This document shows, piece after piece, positions 17,342 to 28,300 of a stretch of 64,000 nucleotides of DNA. The stretch's first letter is position 1, and the number at the start of each line of letters is the position of its first letter. This stretch comes from an uncultured Thermodesulfobacteriota bacterium (GTDB lineage: Bacteria > Desulfobacterota > BSN033 > WVXP01): contig CAYFYO010000002.1 in the NCBI GenBank assembly GCA_964347335.1, positions 4,911 to 68,910 on the forward strand, given 5' to 3'. The translations under genes and the position numbers were made by a program. The notes beneath the pieces were generated by a model. It had not been told where the DNA came from. It searched no databases and saw only the letters and a program-made list of their open reading frames with translations.

Positions 17342-18001
17342 ATGGAAAAAGATAAGCAACGGCAGATAATCCGGCAAACAGGCATTGTTGCAATCATCCG
17401 GGCCAAAACATCGGGCGATCTCGTCGAGGCGGCAGAGGCAATCAAAGCGGGGGGGCTTGGGGTCATCGAGGTGACCATGACGACTCCCGGTGCTCTGAAT
17501 GTCATTTCTGAGGCGACCCAACGGTTTGGCACTGAGGTTCTCTTTGGCGCGGGCACCGTGCTAGATCCTGAGACGGCCCGCGCCGCCATTCTTGCTGGTG
17601 CACAGTTTATCGTCTCACCAACGCTCAACCCAAAGACCGTGGCGCTTTGTCGGCGGTATTCCAAAGTGGTTATTCCAGGATGTTTCACACCGACAGAGAT
17701 TCTCAAAGCCTGGGAGTTGGGGGCCGATTTCGTGAAGGTCTTTCCAGCCGATGTAGGAGGTCCATCCTATATCAAGGCAATTCTCGCTCCACTGCCTCAG
17801 GTTGAGCTCATTCCGACCGGCGGCGTAACGGTCGAGACGACTGGGCCATTTCTCAAGGCAGGAGCCGCCGCTGTCGCGGCAGGAAGCAGCCTGGTGAGCC
17901 AGAAGATCCTCGATGAGAAGGACTTCGCCCAACTTACGGAAAGAGCCACGAAGTTCCGGGAGGAAGTCGCAAAGGCCCGGCAAGGGCAAATGATGCTGTG
18001 A
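17342..18001 (+). CDS. eda: KDPG / 4-hydroxy-2-oxoglutarate aldolase
   Basis: Eda-family sequence (GIVAIIRA...GVIEVTMTTPGA...KVFPA). GAGGAGG lies 6 nt upstream of the ATG at 17342. Confidence 0.85.
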   Translation: MEKDKQRQIIRQTGIVAIIRAKTSGDLVEAAEAIKAGGLGVIEVTMTTPGALNVISEATQRFGTEVLFGAGTVLDPETARAAILAGAQFIVSPTLNPKTVALCRRYSKVVIPGCFTPTEILKAWELGADFVKVFPADVGGPSYIKAILAPLPQVELIPTGGVTVETTGPFLKAGAAAVAAGSSLVSQKILDEKDFAQLTERATKFREEVAKARQGQMML

Positions 18002-18241
18002 AAGTCTGCTTCCCAGACGGCATTTGCAACGGACGACACCGATTTCATTATCCCTCTATTCCAACCAGAGACACTCTCGCCTGACATACGCGTTTCGAAA
18101 CTGCGGGAGATCCCATGGCCGAACCTGGAAGCTGAGTCGCTTGGGAGTGAGTTTACTTAAAGGAAATCTCAAGATCCGTTCTCGTCTCTTATCTCTGCTT
18201 AGGGTGTTCTCCATGAAACTCCCACCGCCCACCGTGCTATA

Positions 18242-19861
18242 ATGGCAAAGATGGAGAGATTTGCCCAAGTTTGCGAGGCGATTTCTGCAACGACGAAGAG
18301 ACTCAAGAAGGAATCCGTTCTGGTTGAGTACCTCAGGTCTCTTGGCGATGATGACCTACGGGTCGCCGCCGTCTTTCTCTGTGGCCAACCCTTTCCCTCG
18401 ACACATCAGGAAACGCTTCATCTTGGCTGGGCATCGGTCCGGCGGGTCTTGATCGATCAGTTCGGTATTTCACCCAATCAGATGGCTTCAGCCTACCTGC
18501 AGACCGGGGACACGGGGGCCATGGCCGAAGCCCTCCTTTCACGTACGGGGACCCGCAAAGGACTGACGTTGCGGGATGTCGCCGATTTCTTCTCCTCCCT
18601 CCCGGGCACTCGGAGCGCCAAGCACCGGCAGGATGCCCTCTACAAAATTCTCCGTGAAGCCTCGCCCCTCGAAGCGAAATACGTCCTCAAGATCATCACC
18701 GGAGACATGCGGATCGGCCTCAAAGAGAGCCTGGTGGAAAGCACCCTGGCAAAGGCCTTTGGTCGCGATCTCAAGCAGGTTCAGTGGGCCAACATGCTAA
18801 GCGGTGATATTGGAGAGACGGCCTTACGGTCGAGATACAACACCCTTGACCAGGCCAAAATGAACCTTTTCCATCCAATCAAGTTCATGTTAGCCACCCC
18901 GGAGGATTCCCCACAGAGGATTATCGAGGCCATGGGCAAGTGCTGTTTGGTGGAAGACAAGTACGATGGCATTCGATCACAGATCCATAAAGAGGGAGAG
19001 CGTATTCGGGTTTATTCCCGAACCATGGACGATGTGACCGCTTCTTTCCCGGACGTCGTTCGGGGTCTGCATACCCTCAGAGCTGACTTTATCTTGGACG
19101 GTGAAATCATCGTTCTGAAAGCGGGTCGCATTCAACCCTTCTCTTCTCTTCAGAGGCGGCTCGGAAGAAAACAGCCCTCAGAAGCCATTCTTCAAGAGGC
19201 TCCAGCACACTTTGTCGGCTTTGATGTTCTCTACCATCAGGGAGACATACTCCTCGAGAGGCCGCTCAGTCAGCGAAGGGCACTCCTTGAAAGACTCCAG
19301 AAGTCCCAAGCCTTCTCTCTCGGCCAGATGACCGAAGCCGAAGCCCCCCGCGACATTGACCAGGCCTTTGATGAGGCTCGCGGTCGAAACAACGAGGGAC
19401 TCGTTGCCAAGGCGCCCGATTCTCCGTATTCGCCGGGAAAGCGGGGGAGGGCTTGGCTCAAGATGAAGAAGCCCCTCGCCACCCTTGATGTCGTGGTCAC
19501 CGCTGCCGAGTATGGCCATGGAAAACGAAAAGGACTTCTCTCAGACTACACCTTCTCGGTTCGAAGGGGGAAGGAACTCGTGGCCATTGGGAAGGCTTAT
19601 TCCGGTATCACGGATCACGAAATCGAGACACTCACCACCCGATTCAAGGATTTAACGATCAAGCGATATGGCCCAGTCCACATCGTCCGACCAGAGGTTG
19701 TCCTCGAGGTGGCCTTCGATACCGTCAACAGAAGTCAACGTCACAAAAGCGGCTTTGCCCTCCGGTTTCCCCGCATCAAGCGAATTCGGAATGACAAGAC
19801 AGTCCAGGAGATTGACGATATCGAAAAGGTGAAGGGTATCTTTGAGAGGAGCCACTCCTGA
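18242..19861 (+). CDS. ATP-dependent DNA ligase (Lig1-like, with N-terminal DNA-binding domain)
   Basis: Adenylation motif I KYDGIR, plus OB-fold and N-terminal DBD blocks. 539 aa. No Ku or LigD polymerase/phosphoesterase domains nearby. Confidence 0.85.
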   Translation: MAKMERFAQVCEAISATTKRLKKESVLVEYLRSLGDDDLRVAAVFLCGQPFPSTHQETLHLGWASVRRVLIDQFGISPNQMASAYLQTGDTGAMAEALLSRTGTRKGLTLRDVADFFSSLPGTRSAKHRQDALYKILREASPLEAKYVLKIITGDMRIGLKESLVESTLAKAFGRDLKQVQWANMLSGDIGETALRSRYNTLDQAKMNLFHPIKFMLATPEDSPQRIIEAMGKCCLVEDKYDGIRSQIHKEGERIRVYSRTMDDVTASFPDVVRGLHTLRADFILDGEIIVLKAGRIQPFSSLQRRLGRKQPSEAILQEAPAHFVGFDVLYHQGDILLERPLSQRRALLERLQKSQAFSLGQMTEAEAPRDIDQAFDEARGRNNEGLVAKAPDSPYSPGKRGRAWLKMKKPLATLDVVVTAAEYGHGKRKGLLSDYTFSVRRGKELVAIGKAYSGITDHEIETLTTRFKDLTIKRYGPVHIVRPEVVLEVAFDTVNRSQRHKSGFALRFPRIKRIRNDKTVQEIDDIEKVKGIFERSHS

Positions 19862-20076
19862 GAGTATGGCAGGGGAAGTCGAGGGCTCAATCGAAACCAG
19901 GCCCTTCAATCTGCACGATGATCTCAGGTTGGCTCCGAGTCGATAACCACCTGTCTTCTCGGGATTTGACCAAGAACCTGAAGCCTTCCGGTTGCCTAAG
20001 CACAATTGTTTTCACGCAAGCACATCTCTCCTGCTCTATGTCGTCCAACCCATAGTTGCTGGATAATGAATCGTAG

Positions 20077-20871
20077 TCATGATGTTGGTTTTTTTTCGCT
20101 CTTGAATATGTCTACCGCCTCGTTGACCGATGCCTGCTCGTGCACAATCGCCCGGAGGGCCTTCATCATGGCGACAGGGTGGTCATGTTGCCAAACATTT
20201 CTCCCCAAGTTGAGTCCAATGGCTCCCCGCTGCATGCCGTCATATACGAATTCGAAGACCTCACGCTCCGTCTCACACTTGGGGCCGCCGGCCATCACAA
20301 CGGGAACGGGACAGCCATTGGTAACCCGCTCAAAATTCTCGCACCAATAGGTCTTGACGACCTTAGCGCCAAGCTCGGCGGCGATCCGAGAACAGAGGGC
20401 CAGGTAGCGGGCGTCTCTCTTCTCGAGCTCCTTTCCCACGGCAGTAACGGCCATCACCGGAATGCCATAGTTCTCACACTCATCGACGAGTTTACCGAGA
20501 TTGAGCAGAGAGTCGTGTTCGTATTCGCTTCCCACGAAAATCGACATGCCCACCGCAGCCACGTTGAGCCGAAGGGCCTCCTGAATCGACGTGGTGATTC
20601 CTTCGTGGGCAAGATCTGTCCCAATGATACTCGTTCCGCCGGAGATCCTCAGAATGATAGGTGGGCTGTTCTTGGGATCTACGCAGGAACGGAGGACTCC
20701 GCGTGTCACAAAAAGCCCGTCCGCGTAAGGAATCAGGGGGGCGATGGTCTCCCCAGGCTTTTCCAAGCGGGTCGTTGGCCCCTGAAAATAGCCATGATCG
20801 ATCGGTAGAAAAAAGCAGTGGCCGTCCTGCTGAATCAAACGAGCCAAACGATTCTCCAACCCCCAATCCAT
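20077..20871 (-). CDS. class I aldolase, DhnA/FbaB (DeoC/LacD) family
   Basis: DhnA-type class I fructose-bisphosphate aldolase / ADH-synthase-like sequence. GGAGGAGG RBS before ATG at 20871. The track ORF extends upstream without support. Confidence 0.7.
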   Translation of the reverse strand: MDWGLENRLARLIQQDGHCFFLPIDHGYFQGPTTRLEKPGETIAPLIPYADGLFVTRGVLRSCVDPKNSPPIILRISGGTSIIGTDLAHEGITTSIQEALRLNVAAVGMSIFVGSEYEHDSLLNLGKLVDECENYGIPVMAVTAVGKELEKRDARYLALCSRIAAELGAKVVKTYWCENFERVTNGCPVPVVMAGGPKCETEREVFEFVYDGMQRGAIGLNLGRNVWQHDHPVAMMKALRAIVHEQASVNEAVDIFKSEKKPTS

Positions 20872-21193
20872 AACAACCTCCTCCTTCGTATATTGTCTTT
20901 GCGACGTCCGACCCGACCTGTCCTGAGCTGAGCGATGGATGAGCGTCACTGACTTGGACAGTCCCTCACACAATCCCTCGAAGTACACAGCGATGAATCA
21001 CCAGAGAGGGACAGAGACTCCTCTTTCTTGACCAATCCTTCCAAAAGATGGGACCGCCTGCTAAGACAAGCTAGGCTTTCACGATGAATTGGCTCAAGGA
21101 GCCCGAGCAGCCCTTCTGTTTGTCGGGAATTCCCGACAAACAAAAAAACATCCTTCCCGTTGTCCTCGGCGTCTCCGTGGTCAATCGTTTGAG

Positions 21194-22222
21194 TTACTTT
21201 CGAGGTTCGATGATCACTTTAATGGATTCTCTTGCCGCTGCAACCAGGGCGAACCCCTTGCCGGTCTCTTCGAGGCCGAGTCTGTGGGTGATCATTTCTC
21301 TAACACGGAGCCGTCCCAGACGAATCAATTCGAGCGCTTTCATGTGGTCAGCTGGACTTCCGGCGTAGGACGTCGTCAGCGTAATATCATTCCGAAACAA
21401 GAGATCATTTATTGAAAGCGGGACTGTCACACCGGGGTCTGTGGGCGCGAAAAACAGGACGGTGCCTCCTCTCTCGACCGATTCCATACCCTGGATCTGA
21501 GCCGATCTCGCTCCCGTACAAACGAACACGAAATCGGCCAACCACCCACCATTGGCCTCCCTGAGCCGACCCGGAATGTCTTCTCTCGCATTGAGAACCA
21601 CATCGGCACCGAGTCGTTTTGCGAATTCAAGACGGGTTTCCACGAGATCTGTTGCAACGATACGGCCGGCTCCGAATATTTTGGCCGTATGGACATGCAG
21701 TAGACCGGCGATACCGCTTCCCAAGACTAGGACGGTCTGCCCCGGCTCGAAACGAGCCATTCTCAATGACCGAAGAACACAGGCGACCGGTTCGAGGAAA
21801 GTCGCTTCCTCATAGGAGACTTCATCGGGCAAAAGATACACGCCCCGGTCTACATTGATCGATGGGAGACGAACGTATTCAGCAAATCCTCCTGGATCGA
21901 AATTCGTCTGACGGAGCGTATCACACACGGTGTGATGCCCCCTCAAACAGTAACGACATGCATTGCACGGCACATGATGAGACGCGGATACACGATCCCC
22001 TTTCCGGTATCTTTCGACCCCCGCTCCCACCGCAACCACTTCCCCCGCGATCTCATGGCCCAGCACCAGTGGAGCCTTATCGAGACGATACCACTCCATG
22101 ACGTCGCTGCCGCATATGCCGCTTGCCTCGATCCTCATGAGTAGCTCGCCTGACCCGATCTCTGGCACCGGACGCTCTTCGATCTGGATATCCTGATTGT
22201 TGTAGTACATCGCTACTCGCAC
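21194..22222 (-). CDS. Zn-dependent medium-chain alcohol/polyol dehydrogenase
   Basis: GHE..G..VAVG, C..C..C..C structural zinc ligands and a GxGxxG Rossmann motif. 342 aa. Confidence 0.85.
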   Translation of the reverse strand: MRVAMYYNNQDIQIEERPVPEIGSGELLMRIEASGICGSDVMEWYRLDKAPLVLGHEIAGEVVAVGAGVERYRKGDRVSASHHVPCNACRYCLRGHHTVCDTLRQTNFDPGGFAEYVRLPSINVDRGVYLLPDEVSYEEATFLEPVACVLRSLRMARFEPGQTVLVLGSGIAGLLHVHTAKIFGAGRIVATDLVETRLEFAKRLGADVVLNAREDIPGRLREANGGWLADFVFVCTGARSAQIQGMESVERGGTVLFFAPTDPGVTVPLSINDLLFRNDITLTTSYAGSPADHMKALELIRLGRLRVREMITHRLGLEETGKGFALVAAARESIKVIIEPRK

Positions 22223-22334
22223 AGGAGAATTTCCCCTCCTTGGCCACCCAGGAGCATTCTCATGGCCAAAACATGATAGCTCAGGCCCAAATAGACTTCA
22301 AGTTCCCCCCTGACAAATGCGGCTAGCCCAATAC

Positions 22335-23747
22335 CTATACACGCCCTTTTTTCCATGTTCCTCGACGGAATGCCAGTGCCATGATAACCCCTTGAATGGT
22401 TATGGAAGTGGCCATGGCCCACCAGATGCCTGAAGTGGGGGGATTCGTAAACCCTGGGAGAATCAAAGCCAAAGGTATCATCAGAAGAATAAAGGTAAAG
22501 CCGATGATTCCCGCTGGGGTACGGGTGTCGCCTGCACCATTGAAGGCCATGGCGCAAATCATGCTCAGCCCCAAAAAGGGATAGCTGAGCGCCACGATTC
22601 GGAGGTAGTCGCTTCCAATTCGGATCACCCGAGAATCATCATTAAAGAGACTGACCAATGAATCGGCAAACGCGAAGAAGCCCGTTCCGGCAAGCACCAT
22701 GAACGTGCAAAAAATGGAAACGGCCAACCACGCGCTCTTTTCGGCTCGATCGGGGCTCCGGGCGCCGAGGTTCTGGCCAACCAGGGTCGAAGCGGCTCCA
22801 CCGATCGCCCATCCGACCATCATGACCAAGAGATTGATTCGAAGGCCAATCCCAAAGGCCGCTACGGCCAGCGTACCGTAAAGGGCAACGATCTTCATCA
22901 AACCAAGATGCGCCAGGCTCCGGAGCCCACCCTGAAACGTTCCAGGTATCGCAATCAGGACCATCCGTTTCATGAGTCTTGGCCTGAAACGGAAATGGGG
23001 AAGGTAGATGTGGATCCTCGAGTACCCTCGAAAGAGAATCCAAAGGCCGACCATCATGGCAATCCCCTGCCCAATGACAGTGGCATAGGCAGCTCCCCTC
23101 ACTTCGAGACGGGGAAATACCCAGGGCCCAAAAATCAACAGGGGATCCAGAGTGATGTTAAAAGCCGTTGCGACGATCAATATAATCATCGGAGTTTTTG
23201 CATCCCCTGCCCCACGCAGGATGGCGCCCGAGAGGAACATGAAGATGAGTGTGAACGAACCGGTGAAGACGATCTTGAAGTACGCCGTGGCCGGTGCCAT
23301 CATTTCCGGTGAGGCGCCAAGCGTTTTCAATACAGGCTCATTGAGGAACAGACCAAACAGGGCGAGAAAAATGGATATGACTCCCCCCAGAATCAGAGAT
23401 TGGGCCCCTGCCGCGTTCGCTCGTTCAAAATCTCTTGCCCCGAAAAACCTCGCCACCACAGCCACCGTGCTGATGGCGACACCGATCAGGAGTGTCCAGG
23501 CGACCATCATGACGAGTCCACTGATGGATACGGCTGCAACAGCTACAGGTCCAAGCCTTCCCACAAAGATCATGTCAACCACAGAGAAGGCATTCTGCAA
23601 GACATTTGCGACGGTCATGGGAAGCGCCAGGGTCCAGAGATTTCTCAAAAGGGATCCGCTTGTCAGGTCACGATAGAGAGGAATTTCAGGCCCTGTCTCA
23701 AGCACGGTAACCGATTCAAGATTTTCTTTCCTCAGCACCATCATCAA
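22335..23747 (-). CDS. MATE-family efflux transporter
   Basis: 470 aa with 12 predicted TM segments. MATE-like sequence. Stop is TAG. Confidence 0.75.
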   Translation of the reverse strand: MMMVLRKENLESVTVLETGPEIPLYRDLTSGSLLRNLWTLALPMTVANVLQNAFSVVDMIFVGRLGPVAVAAVSISGLVMMVAWTLLIGVAISTVAVVARFFGARDFERANAAGAQSLILGGVISIFLALFGLFLNEPVLKTLGASPEMMAPATAYFKIVFTGSFTLIFMFLSGAILRGAGDAKTPMIILIVATAFNITLDPLLIFGPWVFPRLEVRGAAYATVIGQGIAMMVGLWILFRGYSRIHIYLPHFRFRPRLMKRMVLIAIPGTFQGGLRSLAHLGLMKIVALYGTLAVAAFGIGLRINLLVMMVGWAIGGAASTLVGQNLGARSPDRAEKSAWLAVSIFCTFMVLAGTGFFAFADSLVSLFNDDSRVIRIGSDYLRIVALSYPFLGLSMICAMAFNGAGDTRTPAGIIGFTFILLMIPLALILPGFTNPPTSGIWWAMATSITIQGVIMALAFRRGTWKKGRV

Positions 23748-23913
23748 GCCGTCCAGAATTCACAAAACCTAGGCGTCACGTACTGTATCGTACGGCTGTT
23801 TTGCATTGCAAGCCTCAATGGTCACGAGCGACGAGAATTGCCTCTCCTTGATCCACTCGGTCCATTTTGTTAAGCTGGCGGTGGAACATCAAACGCTGTG
23901 GAGGATCAGCAAT

Positions 23914-25359
23914 ATGACATCAGACCCAGTCGATCTGGAGTCGAACACCCACAGGAGTGACATACCGGTCTTCACGACACCCACGGATTTGATGAAAAGC
24001 ATCTCAGGCCTTACGCTGAAAAATAAAGCCATCGAAATCCTTGATGAAAGAGATGCTCGCCGTTCCATGGACATCCTGGCTTTCAACGCCGTTGATTTTG
24101 GTGAAGGGAAGAGCGCCTCTCCTCAGGTCATTGCGCTGGCCCGATACCTGATCTCGGAAAGCGCCCGTCAGTTGGGTGCCGTTCCGGCTTCTATCTTTCC
24201 ATTTTATGCCGCCATGGCAAGCGGAGAAATCGGTCGGAATCTCACGGTGGCTGCCATCAACATCCGAGGGGATGCCTACAATACGGCTCGCGCTTTGTTT
24301 CGGGCCGTCCAGGCGAACGGGGTCGGAGCCGTCATTCTCGAACTGGCTCGCACCGAAATGACCTATACAGCTCAGCCACCAGCCGAATATGGAGCCGTCA
24401 TGACCGCTGCCGCTGTCCGGGAAGGCTTCAAGGGGCGTCTCTTTCTGCAAGGTGACCATTTTAAGGTGGACGCAAAGCGGTACCGGGACAATCCTGAACA
24501 AGAGCTCGAGACTCTGCAAGCCCTCATCCGAGAGAGTATCCGGGCTGGTTTTGGGCAGATCGACATCGATGCCTCGACACTGGAGCGGAGAGGGGAATCA
24601 GGAATCTCGGTCGAGGAGGCGGTCCGAGAGAATGCCGAGCTTACCGCTTCTTTGACTGGGTTTATCCGTCAGACCGAGCGTGAGTTGCAAATCCCCTACG
24701 CCCTCTCGATCGGAGGCGAATCGGGAGAGGTTGGAAAGACCAATACCACCGTCGAGGAGTACCGGGCATTCATGGGAATACTCACAGAGAGGCTCACCCG
24801 GTCGGGCATTGACCGTGGAATCAGCAAGATCTCGGTAAACACCGGAACAGCCCACGGAGGCGTTCGTCTTCCGGATGGAACCCTTGCAAAGGTCAATATC
24901 GATTTCGATACCCTCAAGGCGATCAGTCGAGCGGCCCGCAGAGATGGGTTGGCAGGTGCCGTCCAACATGGTGCCTCGACGCTTCCGGACGAGATTTTCC
25001 ATCGGTTTGTCGAGTATGAAACCGCCGAGGTTCACCTGGCCACAGGTTTTCAGGATATCACCATGGACAACATGCCCAAGGATCTGCTCAATGTTCTCTA
25101 TGACTGGGTGAGGGTGAACTGTGCTGGGGAGAGAAAACCGAACCAGACCGAGATTCAGTTTCTCTTGGCGAATCGAAAACAATGCTGGGGACCGAACAAG
25201 GAGATCGTATGGAGAATGGACGAAGAGGCGAGGACGAGAGCGACCGAGGCACTGGAGACCAAATTTGCCTTCCTATTTCAGCAGCTAAACCTGGTCGACA
25301 CCGAGGATCTTATCGAAAGGTGGGTTCCTGAACCCAATGTGGTCTTCCAACATCCATAG
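23914..25359 (+). CDS. class II (metal-dependent) ketose-bisphosphate aldolase family protein, long form
   Basis: Class II aldolase blocks (AINIRG, QGDHF, IDIDAS, NTGTAHGG). About 480 aa, which is longer than canonical FbaA. ATG at 23914. Confidence 0.6.
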   Translation: MTSDPVDLESNTHRSDIPVFTTPTDLMKSISGLTLKNKAIEILDERDARRSMDILAFNAVDFGEGKSASPQVIALARYLISESARQLGAVPASIFPFYAAMASGEIGRNLTVAAINIRGDAYNTARALFRAVQANGVGAVILELARTEMTYTAQPPAEYGAVMTAAAVREGFKGRLFLQGDHFKVDAKRYRDNPEQELETLQALIRESIRAGFGQIDIDASTLERRGESGISVEEAVRENAELTASLTGFIRQTERELQIPYALSIGGESGEVGKTNTTVEEYRAFMGILTERLTRSGIDRGISKISVNTGTAHGGVRLPDGTLAKVNIDFDTLKAISRAARRDGLAGAVQHGASTLPDEIFHRFVEYETAEVHLATGFQDITMDNMPKDLLNVLYDWVRVNCAGERKPNQTEIQFLLANRKQCWGPNKEIVWRMDEEARTRATEALETKFAFLFQQLNLVDTEDLIERWVPEPNVVFQHP

Positions 25360-25372
25360 ATCCTGATCGTGT

Positions 25373-28300
25373 TCAAAAGAGATCCAACTGTTTACGGCTC
25401 TTTTCTGGTGGCGGTTTTCGAAGACTGACGGAGCCTTCCCTGAGATGGTCTTCAATATCCTTAAGAAATGGGGAGGCCTCTTGCACTCGCACTCGGCCAA
25501 AGACGGTTCGTCGGCGGGCGCGGGTGAGAAATATTTTCGCCTTACCTCTCGTCAGACCGACGTACAAGAGCCGACGTTCCTCCTCCACTGGAGAAGGAGG
25601 CCGTCCCTCGGGCCTGTAGGGTAGCAAATCAGCCTCACATCCCGCAACAAACACGATGGGAAATTCGAGTCCCTTGGATGCATGAAGGGTCATGAGCGTG
25701 ACCTTTTCGGCGCGAGGGTCAAAAGTGTCGAGATCCAATCTCAGAGCCATATGGGCCAGAAACTCGGCAACATCACCTGTGCTCGCTCCAGCCTCGCAAA
25801 CGAGGGTTTTGAGGGCATCCTCGGTCGGATCAAAACCCAGCTCCCTGGCGATCCTCCGTATCATCTCAGCAAGTGAAGCGTCGCTTTCCCCCCCTTCCAA
25901 CCCAGGGGCTAATCGAGCGTGATCCTTTTCGAACTCGGGCACCTTCCCCGCCTCGAGGTCGCTTCGAAGCACTTCAAGCACCCCTTTGACGCCCTCGTTA
26001 TTTGCCAGGGCCTCTCCACCGATTCGACGGAAGGGAATGCCTGACCTTTGAAATGCCTCTTCGATCAACTCTCCCTGGAAATGGAGACGGTAGAATACGG
26101 CAAAATCAGAGAAACTTCTGGTTTCCGGGCTCTCCACGCCATCGACCCTGCCGCTGTCCAAGGAGAAATGGCTCGTCCCCCCCATGAGCTGCTCAATGGT
26201 CTGTACGATCGACTCGGCTTCGGCTCTGTCAGTCGGATACTCGGCCATTGAGAGGAAATCGTCTCCTCCTATTCCAGACCAGATAAGGTTTTCAAGGCGT
26301 GAACTGCCCAGGCTCATGAGTCTTGCCGACGCCCTGACAATGGTCTCTGAGCTGCGGTAGTTCTGTTTGAGGCGGATGACCTCTGCACCGGGATAGTCAT
26401 TCTCAAATTGGAGGAAATACCGGTTATCTGCCCCTCGAAAACCGTAGATCGCCTGATCTGGATCCCCGATCACGCAGAGATTTTCGCCATGAGGCGAGAG
26501 CAATTGGATCAATCGGTATTGGGCGTAGTTGATGTCCTGGTATTCATCGACAGAAACGAAACGGAAACGCTCCCGATAATCGTTCAAGACCTCCCGATGG
26601 CCTTCAAACAGCCTGACAGGTAAGACAAGGAGGTCGTCCAGATCGACACATCGCGCCCTCTCGAGGGCCTTCTCGTAGGCGCGATAAACCATGGCTAAAC
26701 CAGGATCTGAGGTCTCAATCACCTCAGGGCCTTGGAGGTTCTGCTTCAGCCTGGAGATCCTATCTAAAATGGCGACCCTTTCTCTACCGGAGACCGAGGG
26801 ATCCAAGCCGTTCAAAACCGCTCTGAGGAGACCTTCGGCCCGAATGTTGTCAACGATGAACGAACTTCCGGACCTTCCACTCAGTTGCTTTTGCTCTCTG
26901 AGGATTTGATAACCTAAAGCGTGAAAGGTTTGGACCGTGACCTGTGCCTCCTCTCCAAGAAGGGCGATTAACCGCTCTTGCATCTCCTGGGCTGCCCTAT
27001 TCGTGAAGGTGAGGGCCAGAACCTGTTTGGGCTTTGCAATTCCATGGCGAATCAGAAATCCAATACGACGGGTGAGCGTCAAGGTCTTGCCTGTTCCTGG
27101 ACCCGCTACGATCAGCAAAGGCCTCTCCCCGTGACGAATAGCCCTCATTTGATCCGGATTTAGCCCTCGAAAAAGTGGATCGGCTTCATCGCTTGAGGCG
27201 ACATTCGCCGGCTGAAAACCTCTTGAGAGGCTGGAATCGCTTCGCCGAATCTTACGCGCCTCTTCGGTTTTTCGAGGGAATCGGGGCCTTTCCGATGGCC
27301 TTTTTTTCAAACTCATTGAATCGACTTCAAAAGCGATGAGACTTCCCTGACCGGATAGGGTGCGTCTTTCCTCTTGTGTAAACAATGTAATGGACCCAAA
27401 CTCTCCATCATAGCCTGCAGCGATGTGGACCTCACCCTTCCGCATGCGGCGCAGTCCCTCGACAAGCATGCCATGGCCTTTTCTGTCCAACTCCTCAAGA
27501 GGGAGGTCCATGAGAATAGCGAACTCCGGTCCACACTGTTCCAAAAGTCGCCGGTATTGAGCTTGGACCCATTTTGTCTGAGAACCGACTCCACGAATTT
27601 GGGAAAGGATTTCAGATAGCGTCAAAAGACTGCGAAAAGATGCGGCCCCTTCCGGATGCAAGCCATCTTCACGGTCCGCGAGTTCCTCAACCCGGTGCAT
27701 GACGCCGATGGTCACGGGCCGACCGCATTTCGGACAGAGATTGTTGTTTTCGAGTGTCTCCCGCGGACTCATACGCATGTTGCATTTCCTGTGGCCGTCG
27801 TAATGGTATTTTCCCTCCTCGGGGAAGAACTCAACGGTTCCGAAAAACCGATGTGGATCTCTCGATTTGAGCGCATCAAACATGGAGAAATACGAGAGAT
27901 CTGTGTCAAAGATGTTCGCCTCTCTCCCGAGGTTGGAGGGGGAGTGGGCATCGGAATTTGATATCAGCGCTAGACCATCGAGGGCCGAGAAACGCCAGTT
28001 CATGGGAGGGTCTGAAGAAAGACCTGTTTCCACAGCGAAAATGCGCGGAGAGAGATCTCCGAAGCACTCTTCCAGAGAGTCAAACCCAGATTTCGAACCG
28101 AAGAGAGAAAACCAGGGTGTCCAGATATGGGCCGGGATGAGATGAGCGTCCTCGCTCGCATCGAGTACGGTCTCCAGCAAGTCACGAGCATCAAGGCCAA
28201 GAATGGGGCGACCATCCGACCGGATATTCCCAATACGTTCCAGATCCCGTGTCAATCTCTCTGCCGCTTCGAAATCAGGGACGAAGACGACATTGTGATT

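Noticed and set aside
18214-18243. Leaderless promoter for the DNA ligase (TATAAT overlapping the ATG).
   Set aside because: The -10 is perfect but the best -35 candidate (TGAAAC, 18-bp spacer) is poor. It is mentioned only as a possibility.
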